64,000 bases of DNA from Eubacteriales bacterium (GCA_045533675.1 JAZSIF010000058.1:2119-66118); one strand, 5' to 3'; counted from the stretch's first letter, positions 45,311 to 55,374 are shown. A program made the numbers and translations. The notes: generated by a model not told the origin, from the letters alone.

Positions 45311-46546
45311 TCACAAGTCTTCCGCTGCGCTGGCGCCCGCCAGGGCACCCGTGGAAAAGGCGATCTGCAAATTGTAGCCTCCCGTGTAAGCGTCCACATC
45401 GAGAAGCTCGCCCGCCAGATAAAGGCCCGACACAATTTTCGATTCCATGGTCTTGGGGTTCACCTCGCTCACCGCCACACCGCCGCGGGTCACGATCGCC
45501 TCCGAAATGGGACGAAATCCCTCAATCTCCACCAAAAAGCAACGAATCACATCAATAAGCGCCCGTCTCTCTTCCCTGGTCACGGAATTGACCTTCTTGC
45601 GAGGCGAAATGCCCGAGCGGGCAATAATTACGGGAATCATTTTCTGTGGCAACAGATCGCCAAGCGCATTCAAAAAGTCTTTATTTTGATATTTGGAAAA
45701 ATCCGATAGAATCCTCCCATCCAACGTTTTTTCGTCCAGAGCGGGCTTTAGGTTGATCTGGACCCGATATTTCCCCGCCCGCATGTCAGTAAGGTGAGCA
45801 GACGCCGACAGGACCATGGGACCCGTCAGCCCGAAATGGGTGAACATCATCTCCCCGAAGTCCTCATAAACCGTCTTTCCCGTGGCGACCTCCACCACAG
45901 ACAGCGACACGTTTTTCAAGGAAAGCCCCTGTAAAGCGGCGCAATCCTTGTCCTTAGAGGTCAGGGGGATCAACGAGGGAATGAGAGAAGTGACGGTATG
46001 CCCCGCCTCTCTTGCCAGGCGGTGACCGTCACCGTCCGAGCCGGTTCGGGGATAAGAGACCCCACCCGTACAAAGAATGACGCGATCGGCAGAAACCGCA
46101 TCTCCGTCCTCAAGAACGCAGCCCCCCACGGTACCGTTTTCAATGCAAAGGGATTTTGCCCGCCCACGAATGAGACGAACCCCTCTCTTCTTCACCGCCC
46201 CCGAAAGACAGTGAACAATGTCCTCTGCCCGATCAGACACCGGGAACACCCGTCTGCCCCGCTCTACCTTCAAGGGCACGCCGTTCTCTTCAAAGAAGCG
46301 GCACACGTCCTCCCCCGACAGATGATTCAGGGCGGCATATAAAAAGCGAGGATTTCTCGGCACGTTCTGCAAAAATTCCTGCAAGGTGCAATCGTTGGTC
46401 ACGTTACAGCGACCTTTTCCCGTGATCCGCAGCTTCTTGCCGCATGTCTCGTTTTTCTCAAGGAGGGTCACCTCCGCGCCGCCGTCCGCCGCGCGGATCG
46501 CCGCCATCATACCCGCGGCGCCTCCTCCGATGATCAGTACTTTCAT
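45311..46546 (-). CDS. NAD(P)/FAD-dependent oxidoreductase, HI0933/BaiN-like flavoprotein
   Basis: 411 aa. VLIIGGGAAGMMAA dinucleotide-binding motif and C-terminal GLYLAGELLDVDAYTGGYNLQ. Confidence 0.85.
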   Translation of the reverse strand: MKVLIIGGGAAGMMAAIRAADGGAEVTLLEKNETCGKKLRITGKGRCNVTNDCTLQEFLQNVPRNPRFLYAALNHLSGEDVCRFFEENGVPLKVERGRRVFPVSDRAEDIVHCLSGAVKKRGVRLIRGRAKSLCIENGTVGGCVLEDGDAVSADRVILCTGGVSYPRTGSDGDGHRLAREAGHTVTSLIPSLIPLTSKDKDCAALQGLSLKNVSLSVVEVATGKTVYEDFGEMMFTHFGLTGPMVLSASAHLTDMRAGKYRVQINLKPALDEKTLDGRILSDFSKYQNKDFLNALGDLLPQKMIPVIIARSGISPRKKVNSVTREERRALIDVIRCFLVEIEGFRPISEAIVTRGGVAVSEVNPKTMESKIVSGLYLAGELLDVDAYTGGYNLQIAFSTGALAGASAAEDL

Positions 46547-46552
46547 ACGCGT

Positions 46553-47416
46553 TTATCCTTGATTTTTGTCGTAAACGTCATACTCGTCCCAGATTTCCTC
46601 CAGCTGACGAAGCCGCACTCTGAGATCGTCCCGCTTCTCCCGAGATACCGCCACAATAATGGCATTGATGATGCTCAAGGGTGCCACCAAGGAATCGGCA
46701 AAGGATGCCATGTCACTCTTGGCGGTCAAAATCTGGTTGGCTCCCACCGCAATGGGGGATGCCATGCTGTCTGTGAGGGCAATCACGTCTGCCCCCGCAT
46801 GGTGCGCGAAATCCACCGCATGAATAATCCTTTTGGAATAGCGGGGGAAGCTGATGGCAATCATTACATCCTCCTCGCCGATGCTCATGATCTGCTCGAA
46901 CATCTCACTGCCCGAGGTGGTCTGCACCAGCTTGACGCTATCGAAGATCATCTGAAGTCCATGCGCCAAAAATCCCGCCAAGGAGGAGGCGGCACGCACA
47001 CCGAGAATATAAATATTTTTTGCCTTGACAATATGCGCCACCGCGTCTTGGAACGCGGCTCTATCAATATCTCCCAAGGTCCCTCGGATCTTCTCCATAT
47101 CGCCAAGGAGGACCTTCGTAAGCACGTCCCCGTCTCCGATCAGGCTGTTGGTCACCTCCATACGCTCAAAGGAGGTCAGCTTCGTGCGGACCATTTCTTG
47201 CAACGCGTGCTGAAACTGAGGGTAGCCCTCAAAGCCCAGCTCGATGGCAAAGCGAACCACCGTGGACTCGGAAACCTCCACAAGCTTTCCGAGCTTCGAG
47301 GCGGTCATGTATGCTGCCTTATCATAATTTTCCAAAACGTAATGGGAGATCAGCTTCTGCCCCTTGGAAAAGGAGGGCATTCGCTCCTCGATCTCGCTTA
47401 ATAGATTTCTCATCAT
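46553..47416 (-). CDS. MurR/RpiR family transcriptional regulator (HTH plus SIS domain)
   Basis: 287 aa. N-terminal HTH TASKLGKLVEVSESTVVRFA and a SIS domain (IYILGVRAASSLA). Confidence 0.85.
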   Translation of the reverse strand: MMRNLLSEIEERMPSFSKGQKLISHYVLENYDKAAYMTASKLGKLVEVSESTVVRFAIELGFEGYPQFQHALQEMVRTKLTSFERMEVTNSLIGDGDVLTKVLLGDMEKIRGTLGDIDRAAFQDAVAHIVKAKNIYILGVRAASSLAGFLAHGLQMIFDSVKLVQTTSGSEMFEQIMSIGEEDVMIAISFPRYSKRIIHAVDFAHHAGADVIALTDSMASPIAVGANQILTAKSDMASFADSLVAPLSIINAIIVAVSREKRDDLRVRLRQLEEIWDEYDVYDKNQG

Positions 47417-47439
47417 CTAAGTCCTCGAATTCCTATGCG

Positions 47440-47781
47440 TTATTGTCCGTCCGAGCCCGCTGTCAGGCGGATCAGCAGGCGGTGATTATCAGGGACATCC
47501 CCTTTCATTGCCGCACGGTTGCGGCGGATCTCTCCACACTTCTCACATCGGTGAACGATCACAAAGCCTTTTTTGGGGTCGGGCTCGGTCCGTATGGGAC
47601 GAAGTCCCCCGCCGCAAGGATTGGCTCGATCACCGGGCAGAACGTCGACATGCAAGGACCACAGACAATAGGGACAGTGATTGCGGGAGGTATACCCAAG
47701 AGGCGGGACCTCCTTGCCGCAGTGAGCGCAAACAAATCCCTCGTCCTTTTTTTGAAAACGCTTTCGCTCAAGCTCTTCCAT
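47440..47781 (-). CDS. RNHCP domain-containing protein
   Basis: 113 aa. CAHCGKEV ... SRNHCPYCLWSLHVD ... HRCEKCG. Confidence 0.7.
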   Translation of the reverse strand: MEELERKRFQKKDEGFVCAHCGKEVPPLGYTSRNHCPYCLWSLHVDVLPGDRANPCGGGLRPIRTEPDPKKGFVIVHRCEKCGEIRRNRAAMKGDVPDNHRLLIRLTAGSDGQ

Positions 47782-47791
47782 GTCGGTCTCC

Positions 47792-48541
47792 TTACTTATT
47801 CGCCAGATAGTCTCGAAGGACTGCTTTGTCGTCTTTGGAAAGACGAATGGGCTCGATCTCGGTCACATAGTCATAAAGGCAGAGCGTACCGTAGGCGGAG
47901 TTATCGTAGTTTACGTCACCCTTGTAATAAATATCGGTATAGACCGCCAAAAGAAGCTCCTCTTCCAAAAGCTCGGACAGAGTGACGCCCGCCGTACCAA
48001 GATCAAACACAAAGCGTCGGTAATTATAAAGATTCTTTTGGTCTGAAGTCACACTCGTCGCGTGTACTCTCGTAAACGCCACGCTGCCCTCGTCATTGCC
48101 AAAGTTATCCTCTTCATTGTCAGGGGTCAGATCGGTCGCAACCGACAGCGTCACGTCAAAGAGATCCTCCTCCCGATCAGGAACAGAAGGAAGCCCCTTG
48201 TCCTCGGCAAGGGAACGTAGCGTGCTGTTGTTGTACCGCACCACGATCTGCACTTGATTGGCGGAGGGAATAAAGACCGCATCGGTCACTGAAAAATATC
48301 CGTAGTTCTTCTCGCCGCTGGTAATGCTCCTCTGCTCCTGACGGAAAAGATAGAGCTCGTCTCCCTCCTCCTCGTAGGCAATAGCAAGGGCATCATTGGG
48401 GACCAATCGCTTCATTGATTTGGGGTCGTCCGACGAAAAAATTCTCCAAAGCAAAACGGCAATGACGCCGAAAATCACACAGAAGAAAAGAAACTTGACA
48501 ATCCTTCCGCTCCAGCGGAATGCACGCGAAACTCTTGACAT
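47792..48541 (-). CDS. Hypothetical membrane-anchored protein
   Basis: 249 aa with a single N-terminal TM (IVKFLFFCVIFGVIAVLLW). I recognise no motif. The coding call rests on length, packing and orientation. Confidence 0.5.
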   Translation of the reverse strand: MSRVSRAFRWSGRIVKFLFFCVIFGVIAVLLWRIFSSDDPKSMKRLVPNDALAIAYEEEGDELYLFRQEQRSITSGEKNYGYFSVTDAVFIPSANQVQIVVRYNNSTLRSLAEDKGLPSVPDREEDLFDVTLSVATDLTPDNEEDNFGNDEGSVAFTRVHATSVTSDQKNLYNYRRFVFDLGTAGVTLSELLEEELLLAVYTDIYYKGDVNYDNSAYGTLCLYDYVTEIEPIRLSKDDKAVLRDYLANK

Positions 48542-48647
48542 TTCTGCTCCTTTTCGATATAATGTTGAATATATTCATTTTATTATATCACAGACTACGG
48601 ATAAATTCAAGAAAAAAACAAAAAATAACGAAAAGAGAGATACAAAT

Positions 48648-49196
48648 ATGCGCCAATGGATTCCCAAGAAAAGCAATGACACGGCCCGTAATATGATCCT
48701 GCTTTTGTTCTGCGGAGCTTTTGCCCTGTTGGCTCTGACCGCCATTTGGGGTGATATTCCCTTTCGCTGGGGCTTCCAGACCATCGCGCTCCTTCTTTTG
48801 ACGGCAGCAATCTTTTTCGTGACCCGTTATATGACAAAAATGTTCGTCTATCGCGTCGAAGCCGACGAAGATGGGGACATTGATCTGACCGTCACCGAAG
48901 CGGCGGCAAACGGCAAGCGGGCTGTGACAGTCTGCCGTGTGGGAGTCAGATCTGTCTGCTCTGCCCGTCTCTTTGATTTTTCGGACGGTGAGGCATCTCT
49001 TTCGGCATGGAAGGAATTTAAAAAGGGCAGAAAAAAGATCCACGACTACCGTGTGGACCTGCGCCCCGTAACATTTCTCCTTGTGTCAGTGAAGGAAGGC
49101 GGAGAAACGCTTTATATTCTGCTCTCCCACGAGGTCGAGTTGACCGAGCTTCTCACAAGCGCCGCAAAAGCTTATCGCGAGGAGGACGAGGAATGA
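48648..49196 (+). CDS. Hypothetical membrane protein upstream of gatC
   Basis: Start re-set to MRQWIPKKSN. Two TM segments. The stop overlaps the gatC start (49193). The upstream part of the track ORF is antisense to the 47792 gene. Confidence 0.5.
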   Translation: MRQWIPKKSNDTARNMILLLFCGAFALLALTAIWGDIPFRWGFQTIALLLLTAAIFFVTRYMTKMFVYRVEADEDGDIDLTVTEAAANGKRAVTVCRVGVRSVCSARLFDFSDGEASLSAWKEFKKGRKKIHDYRVDLRPVTFLLVSVKEGGETLYILLSHEVELTELLTSAAKAYREEDEE

Positions 49197-49453
49197 ACAG
49201 TCAAGAGCTTTCCCACCTCGAAGCCCTTTCGAAGCTCTCCCTTTCAAAGGAGGAGAAAACAGCGCTTTCCTCCGATCTTGACGGGCTTCTTTCCCTCCTC
49301 AGCACCCTTTCCGAGCTTCCCGAGAGCACCCCTCCCCCCAAGGAAGACACCCCCTCGGTCACAAGAGAGGATATCCCCGCAGCCTGCCTTGCAAGGGAGC
49401 AGGCTCTCAAAAACGCACCCAAGCAAACGGACGGATTCTTTGTCATTCCGTAA
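49193..49453 (+). CDS. gatC: Asp-tRNA(Asn)/Glu-tRNA(Gln) amidotransferase subunit C
   Basis: 86 aa. HLEALSKLSLSKEEKTALSSDLDGLL pattern, directly upstream of gatA and gatB. Confidence 0.85.
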   Translation: MNSQELSHLEALSKLSLSKEEKTALSSDLDGLLSLLSTLSELPESTPPPKEDTPSVTREDIPAACLAREQALKNAPKQTDGFFVIP

Positions 49454-49512
49454 GAATTACGCGCCGCTTTTTCATCCCCTATGATTCATTTTTCACCAAA
49501 AGGAACTTAATT

Positions 49513-50946
49513 ATGTCCGATCTTATTTTTCGCACGCTCTCGGAGCATTCCGAAGCTCTCAGGAAAAAAGAATATTCTGCTCGTGAGCTGACGCTGGCAT
49601 ACCTTTCGAGGATCGATTCCACCGACTCGGACGTGGGCGCTTTTTTGACCGTCCTTCACGATTCCGCTTTGGAAGAGGCGAATGCCATTGACGAGAGACG
49701 GCAAAGGGGAGAAGCGCTCCCCCCTTTCGCGGGCATTCCCGTGGCTCTGAAGGACAATATCTGCACAAAGGGAATTCCCACCACCTGTGCCTCCCGTATT
49801 CTGGAGGGATATCGCCCCCCCTATGACGCTACGGTCACCAAACAGCTCTCGCGGGCGGGATTTGTCCTCCTTGGAAAGACCAACATGGACGAATTCGGCA
49901 TGGGCTCGACCACCGAGCATTCCGCCTATAAAATTACGAAAAATCCCCTCGATCTCTCCCTCGTTCCGGGGGGCTCATCCGGTGGCTCTGCCGCGGCTGT
50001 TGCCGCCTGCCAGGTCCCTCTTGCCCTTGGCTCGGATACGGGGGGCTCTGTGCGTCAGCCCGCCGCCTTTTGCGGTGTTTGCGGTCTGCGCCCCACCTAT
50101 GGTGCCGTCTCCCGCTATGGCCTCATTGCCTATGCTTCCTCCTTTGACCAAATCGGCCCGCTGACCCATACCGTAAAGGATTGCGCCATGGCAACCGAGA
50201 TACTTCTTGGCAAGGACGAACGGGACGCTACCTCTAAAACGCACCCCTCCCCTCATCTCTTACCAGGACTTGAAGGAGGCGTGCGGGGTATGAGGATCGG
50301 TCTGCTTTCCGCCCCCTTCGTGGAATCCGCCTTCGAGGACGTTCGTTTAGCACTCCGAGAAGCGGCAATCACCCTCTCTGCCTTGGGCGCTACGGTGGAG
50401 GAGATCACTCTCCCTTCCTTCAAGTTTGCCACCGCCACTTACGGAGTCATGGCAAGCGCCGAGGCATCCTCCAACCTTGCCCGCTTTGACGGTATACGCT
50501 ACGGACGGCGCGCAGAGGATTGTGAAGACCCCGACACCGTTTTCTGCCGCTCCCGCTCCGAGGGCTTCGGCAACGAGGTCAAGCGCCGCATTCTCCTCGG
50601 TACCTACGTGCTCTCCGAGGGCTATTATGATGCCTACTACCAAAAAGCGAGAGCCGCCCGCTCACTTCTGTGCAAGGAGACCCTCGATACACTCTGTCAC
50701 TACGATCTTTTGCTTCTGCCCACTACCCCCACTCCGCCCTATTCCTTCGGAACGAAAAAGGACGACCCCGTTCTGCGCCTTTCCGAGGACTTATTTTGTC
50801 TGATTGCCCCCCTTTGCGGTCTGCCCGCATTGGCTCTTCCCTTTGGAAAAACCGAAAAGGGTCTCCCTCTATCGGTCCAACTCGTAGGCAGACCCTTCGA
50901 CGAGGCAGCCGTTCTCCAAGCAGGCTTTGCGCTGGAGAACGCGTAA
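49513..50946 (+). CDS. gatA: Asp-tRNA(Asn)/Glu-tRNA(Gln) amidotransferase subunit A
   Basis: 477 aa. Amidase signature GGSSGGSAAAVAA ... GSDTGGSVRQPA. Confidence 0.93.
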   Translation: MSDLIFRTLSEHSEALRKKEYSARELTLAYLSRIDSTDSDVGAFLTVLHDSALEEANAIDERRQRGEALPPFAGIPVALKDNICTKGIPTTCASRILEGYRPPYDATVTKQLSRAGFVLLGKTNMDEFGMGSTTEHSAYKITKNPLDLSLVPGGSSGGSAAAVAACQVPLALGSDTGGSVRQPAAFCGVCGLRPTYGAVSRYGLIAYASSFDQIGPLTHTVKDCAMATEILLGKDERDATSKTHPSPHLLPGLEGGVRGMRIGLLSAPFVESAFEDVRLALREAAITLSALGATVEEITLPSFKFATATYGVMASAEASSNLARFDGIRYGRRAEDCEDPDTVFCRSRSEGFGNEVKRRILLGTYVLSEGYYDAYYQKARAARSLLCKETLDTLCHYDLLLLPTTPTPPYSFGTKKDDPVLRLSEDLFCLIAPLCGLPALALPFGKTEKGLPLSVQLVGRPFDEAAVLQAGFALENA

Positions 50947-50981
50947 ATTTCCAGTTAAAAAACACCCCGAAAGGAGCACCC

Positions 50982-52409
50982 ATGTCCTATACGGAATACG
51001 AGACCGTCATCGGTTTGGAGGTTCACGTAGAGCTGAACACAAAAACGAAAATTTTTTGCTCCTGCCCCACCGACTTCGGCGGCGAGCCCAATACCCGCAT
51101 CTGTCCCGTTTGCATGGGACTGCCCGGTGCGCTTCCCGTCCTCAACCGAGAGGTGGTCCGCCTTGCCGCCAAGGCAGGACTGGCGTTGGGCTGTACTGTT
51201 TCTACTTTGTCGGGGCAGGACCGAAAAAACTACTTCTATCCCGATCTGCCCAAGGCATATCAGATCTCTCAATATGACCGTCCCCTTTGCGAGAACGGTT
51301 CTCTGACCATTGATACCCCCAAAGGAAAGAAATCCATCGGCATTACCCGTATCCACATTGAGGAGGATGCGGGCAAGCTCATTCACGATAACACAAAAGG
51401 CACTCTCATTGACTACAACCGATGCGGAATCCCCCTCATCGAGATCGTCTCCGAGCCAGATCTCCGCTCCGCGGAGGAAGCGAAGAGCTATCTGCAAGGC
51501 CTCCGTTCGCTTCTCCGTTACGCGGGCGTGTCGGACTGCCGTATGAATGAAGGCTCCTTCCGTGCCGATATAAACCTATCGATAAGAAAAAAGGGCGATC
51601 CCCTCCTTGGAATTCGCACCGAAATCAAAAATCTTAATTCTTTCACGTTTGCCGCCAAAGCCATCGAATGTGAGGAAGCAAGGCAAATTTCGCTGTTGGA
51701 GTCAGGCAGACCCGTTTTGCGCGAAACCCGCCGCTTTGACCCCGCCACGGGAAAGACCGAGACAATGCGCCGCAAGGAAAGCGCGGCAGACTATCGCTTC
51801 TTCCCCGACCCCGATCTTCCTCCCGTCTGTTTGTCCGAGGAGGAGATCGAAGAACTCCGTGCTTCTCTTCCCGAGCTCCCCCACGAGAAGCAGGGCCGCT
51901 TTACTACCACTTTGGGGCTTTCGGACTATGACGCCTCCGTTCTCTCCTCCGATCGGCTGCTGGGGGACTATTTCGACCGTGTGGCAAGCGTCACTCCCTA
52001 TCCCAAAACCGCGGCCAATCTTATTCTTTCGGAGCTGCTCCGATTGACCGAGGCGGAGGATTTCTCCTGCCCCATTGCCCCGCTTCGTCTTGCCGATCTG
52101 GCAACCCTATTGGGGGACAATGTCATCTCGGGCGCTACGGCTAAAAAGTTATTACATCGCCTATGGGAAAAGGATTTTGACCCCTCAGATGTAGTCAAAA
52201 AAGAGAATCTTGGGCAGATCAACGATAAAGAAGCCCTTCTCCCCATCGTCCGAGCGGTGATTCTCGGGAACCCCCGCTCGGTCGACGATTATCACGCGGG
52301 CAAAACCCGTGCCGTCCAAGCTCTTATGGGCGGAGCAATGGCAAAAACCGACGGAAGAGCCAATCCTTCTTTGCTTATAAAATTGATTGAGGAAGAATTG
52401 AACAGATAG
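50982..52409 (+). CDS. gatB: Asp-tRNA(Asn)/Glu-tRNA(Gln) amidotransferase subunit B
   Basis: 475 aa from MSYTEYETVIGLEVHVEL with RBS AAAGGAG. The upstream 104 codons of the track ORF overlap gatA and are discarded. Confidence 0.93.
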   Translation: MSYTEYETVIGLEVHVELNTKTKIFCSCPTDFGGEPNTRICPVCMGLPGALPVLNREVVRLAAKAGLALGCTVSTLSGQDRKNYFYPDLPKAYQISQYDRPLCENGSLTIDTPKGKKSIGITRIHIEEDAGKLIHDNTKGTLIDYNRCGIPLIEIVSEPDLRSAEEAKSYLQGLRSLLRYAGVSDCRMNEGSFRADINLSIRKKGDPLLGIRTEIKNLNSFTFAAKAIECEEARQISLLESGRPVLRETRRFDPATGKTETMRRKESAADYRFFPDPDLPPVCLSEEEIEELRASLPELPHEKQGRFTTTLGLSDYDASVLSSDRLLGDYFDRVASVTPYPKTAANLILSELLRLTEAEDFSCPIAPLRLADLATLLGDNVISGATAKKLLHRLWEKDFDPSDVVKKENLGQINDKEALLPIVRAVILGNPRSVDDYHAGKTRAVQALMGGAMAKTDGRANPSLLIKLIEEELNR

Positions 52410-52440
52410 TTTGGTATGGTTTTTAGGTTGCTTTTTCTCC

Positions 52441-53778
52441 TCAAGAAACCACCACATCAATTTTATCAATACCATAGCGCAAAAAGAGTTCAATGTCCTC
52501 TTTGGTGATCACGTCTCCACTGACGGCTATCGGCACAGCGGGGGGACAGGACACAGTAGGAGTAGCACACACGCAACCCTCGGCATCAGTCACCAAAACC
52601 GTCCTCCGCGGAGCAAGCATGGCAGAGCGAATGCCCTCGCAGGTCTTTGCGCCATGGAACCGCAGACAACCGTCCTCCTCGGAAAGAGGAATGCGTTGGG
52701 GCATTTCACAAAGTATCCCCATCAACGCTTCCAAATCCTCTTTTCTATTTTCGGGGGTCATCATCAGTACCAGTGCGTCGCCGTCGGAGAATTCGCATTC
52801 CATACCTTTACGACGCAAATACTCTGCCAAATCATTGCCCGTATAACCAAATGATCGGGGACGAAGTGTCAGCTTCAGGGGCTCAGAGTTCTCTACCGAA
52901 AAACCCATCGCAAGCAGCCTTCGCTTCATTCGTGCCATGTTGTCAGAAAGGAGAGAAAGCCGCTCCCTGTATCCGTCGGACAGATAGCGATTGCAAAGGT
53001 CAAGAGATTGCAAAATGAGATAAGAGGGACTGGTGGAGGCAAACAAAGAAAGAAATCCCCTCGCCCCCGTAAGATATTTCTCATAGCCCTTTGCCACATG
53101 GAGATAAGCACCACCCGTCAAAACAGGCAGGGTCTTATGCGCCGAATCACAGCACATGGAGGCACCCAAGTCAAGAGGATGGAGCGAAGGCTTCAAAAAT
53201 TTCAAATATGCCCCGTGGGCGTTATCGACGAGAAGCGGAACTCCATATTCATGGCAGACCGCGGAAATGCCCCGAACGTCGGAAAGATTTCCAAGATAAT
53301 CGGGAGAGGTCAGATAGACCGCCGCAGGCTTCTCCTCCATAGAATCAAGCGCCCGCTTCACATCCTCTGGGGTTACGTGACAACGGCACAAATGAGAGCC
53401 CGTCTCGGGGTCAAGCCAACGAATCCGAAGATCCAGCATGGTAGCCGCGTAAATGAGCGCCTTATGAGCATTCCTTGCGGCAAGGATCCACGGACGCTCT
53501 CCTCTTCCCGACACAGCCAAAGCCAGCATCGTCTTAATACAGAGGGTCGATCCCTCGGTAGAATAAAAGGTGTGCGCCGAGCCGAAAAGAGCGGTAGCGT
53601 TCGCCTCACTCTCGGCAATAATCCCCTCGGGCGCATACAGAACATCGGCTCCCGACACCTCAGTGATGTCCAAGGACTCGCATCCGAGAAAGGCGCGCCC
53701 CTTATGACCGGGCATATGAAAACGGGTCATGCCGCTCTCGGCATAGTTGCGGACAAAATCCACAATGGGTGTGGTCAT
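52441..53778 (-). CDS. Orn/Lys/Arg decarboxylase-family PLP enzyme (YaaO-like)
   Basis: 445 aa. FHMPGHKG N-terminal motif and SAHKTLPVLTGG (PLP-Lys). The start lies 1 nt after the scfB stop. Confidence 0.8.
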   Translation of the reverse strand: MTTPIVDFVRNYAESGMTRFHMPGHKGRAFLGCESLDITEVSGADVLYAPEGIIAESEANATALFGSAHTFYSTEGSTLCIKTMLALAVSGRGERPWILAARNAHKALIYAATMLDLRIRWLDPETGSHLCRCHVTPEDVKRALDSMEEKPAAVYLTSPDYLGNLSDVRGISAVCHEYGVPLLVDNAHGAYLKFLKPSLHPLDLGASMCCDSAHKTLPVLTGGAYLHVAKGYEKYLTGARGFLSLFASTSPSYLILQSLDLCNRYLSDGYRERLSLLSDNMARMKRRLLAMGFSVENSEPLKLTLRPRSFGYTGNDLAEYLRRKGMECEFSDGDALVLMMTPENRKEDLEALMGILCEMPQRIPLSEEDGCLRFHGAKTCEGIRSAMLAPRRTVLVTDAEGCVCATPTVSCPPAVPIAVSGDVITKEDIELFLRYGIDKIDVVVS

Positions 53779-53779
53779 G

Positions 53780-55156
53780 TTAAAACTCCTCCGCCTCGGC
53801 GACCTGCATCATCACAGCGCATTCAATGCGCTTTTTGAAGAGCTCACAGCCATAGCGATAAATCCCGCCGATGCTTCCCGTGGCATGATAAGCGTTGGCG
53901 GCGCATCCGCCCGAGCAATAGAGCCGAGCCCAGCAGTCCTTACATTCCTCACGGGCATAGGCATTGCAGGAACGAAACTCGTCCTGAATGGCGGTGTTGG
54001 TCACGCCGTCCCAAATGTTCCCGAGACTGTATTTTTCGTCTCCCACAAACTGGTGGCAGGGATAAAGCTCACCCCAAGGAGTGACCGCCATATATTCGGT
54101 TCCCGAGCCGCATCCCGTGATCCGCTTGTAGATACAAGGACCATGCTTGAGGTCCAGCATATAGTGGTAGAAGGTAAAGCCTCTCCCCTCTTTTTTGCGC
54201 CTAATCATCTCCTTGGCAAGGATCTCGTACTGCTCAAAGAGCTTGGGAAGATCCTCCTCCGTCAGCGCATAGGGGTCGTCGGGAGGACACACCACTGGCT
54301 CCATGCTCAGCTCGGTAAAGCCAAGGTCCGCCATGTGAAAGAGATCCTCGGTGAAATCCACGTTGTTGTGGGTAAAGGTTCCCCGCACGTAATAATTCTT
54401 TCCCTCTCTCGCCTTGACAAACCTCTGGAATTTCGGAACAATGGTGTCGTAGCTTCCCTTTCCCGCATAATCACGGCGGAAGTGATCATTGACCTCTTTT
54501 CGTCCATCCAGACTCAGTACCACATTGCTCATTTCCCGATTGCAGAAGTCGATGACCTCATCGTCCACCAACATTCCGTTGGTGGTGAGGGTAAAGCGGA
54601 AATTCTTTCTCTTTTCCTTTTCAATGCTGCGGGCATATGCTACCAGCTTTTTGACAATATCCCAGTTCATGAGGGGCTCTCCACCGAAGAAATCCACCTC
54701 CAGATTGCGGCGGCTGCCCGAGTTTTCCACAAGAAAATCAAAGGCACGCTTTCCAACCTCAAAGCTCATGAGGGCTCGGTCGCCCTGATATTTCCCCTGG
54801 CTGGCAAAGCAGTAATTACAGTTGAGATTACAGGTATGCGCCACGTGCAGACACAATGCCTTAATCTCCTTGGAATTATTTTTATAGGTCTTCGCCAGCC
54901 CCTCGTAAGCGTCCTCAGAAAAGAGCTTGCCCGCCTCCTCCAGAGCGCGTACGTCGTCAATGCACTCCAAAATCTCCGCCTCGGTCACGTCGGGCAGATG
55001 GGCATATTTCTCCAGCATGCTCTTCACGATCGACTCGGGGGTCTCGGTCTTGTACATGGCAATAACGTCGTATGCCACCTCGTCCACCGTGTGCACCGAG
55101 CCCGAGCAGGTATCAAGGACGATGTTGTATCCGTTCAATTTATACTGATGTACCAT
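53780..55156 (-). CDS. scfB: Radical SAM/SPASM thioether-forming SCIFF maturase
   Basis: Start at MVHQYKLNGYNIVLD with RBS AAGGAGA. CLHVAHTCNLNCNYCFA radical-SAM cluster and a C-terminal SPASM Cys-rich region (CKDCWARLYCSGGCAANA). It lies immediately downstream of a SCIFF peptide gene. Confidence 0.85.
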   Translation of the reverse strand: MVHQYKLNGYNIVLDTCSGSVHTVDEVAYDVIAMYKTETPESIVKSMLEKYAHLPDVTEAEILECIDDVRALEEAGKLFSEDAYEGLAKTYKNNSKEIKALCLHVAHTCNLNCNYCFASQGKYQGDRALMSFEVGKRAFDFLVENSGSRRNLEVDFFGGEPLMNWDIVKKLVAYARSIEKEKRKNFRFTLTTNGMLVDDEVIDFCNREMSNVVLSLDGRKEVNDHFRRDYAGKGSYDTIVPKFQRFVKAREGKNYYVRGTFTHNNVDFTEDLFHMADLGFTELSMEPVVCPPDDPYALTEEDLPKLFEQYEILAKEMIRRKKEGRGFTFYHYMLDLKHGPCIYKRITGCGSGTEYMAVTPWGELYPCHQFVGDEKYSLGNIWDGVTNTAIQDEFRSCNAYAREECKDCWARLYCSGGCAANAYHATGSIGGIYRYGCELFKKRIECAVMMQVAEAEEF

Positions 55157-55230
55157 TTTTGATCTCTCCTTATTCAATGAGAAGTGGGTGTTTGAAATCA
55201 AACACCCACTCCGATCAGAATGACAAATTC

Positions 55231-55374
55231 TTACTTCTGATTCTCGCACTGCTGATTTGCAACACCGCAGGAGGTCTTGCAAGCGGACTGGCAAGAGGTC
55301 TGGCACTCGCCGCAGCCGCCGTTCTCAACGGTCTTTGCGATATCCTTCGTTTCAATGGTCTTAATTCTGCTCAT
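55231..55374 (-). CDS. scfA: SCIFF ranthipeptide precursor (six cysteines in forty-five residues family), 47 aa, absent from the ORF track
   Basis: My manual translation is MSRIKTIETKDIAKTVENGGCGECQTSCQSACKTSCGVANQQCENQK*. It has the hallmark GGCGECQTSCQSACKTSC core with exactly 6 Cys. RBS GGAGG lies 7 nt upstream. Length is 144 nt including the stop. Confidence 0.88.
   Translation of the reverse strand: MSRIKTIETKDIAKTVENGGCGECQTSCQSACKTSCGVANQQCENQK

Noticed and set aside
50670-50981. 104-codon N-terminal extension of gatB overlapping gatA
   Set aside because: The extension lies inside gatA in another frame. The canonical GatB N-terminus (YE.VIGLEVHVEL) begins at the ATG at 50982, which has an RBS.
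53747-55162. 471-aa plus-strand ORF opposite scfB
   Set aside because: It is antisense to a radical SAM gene with intact CxxxCxxC and SPASM motifs. It is a shadow ORF.
55157-55306. N-terminal extension of the scfB track ORF (alt start at 55306)
   Set aside because: The extension overlaps the SCIFF peptide gene in another frame and lacks an RBS. The ATG at 55156 has AAGGAGA upstream and gives the usual MVHQYK-type maturase N-terminus.
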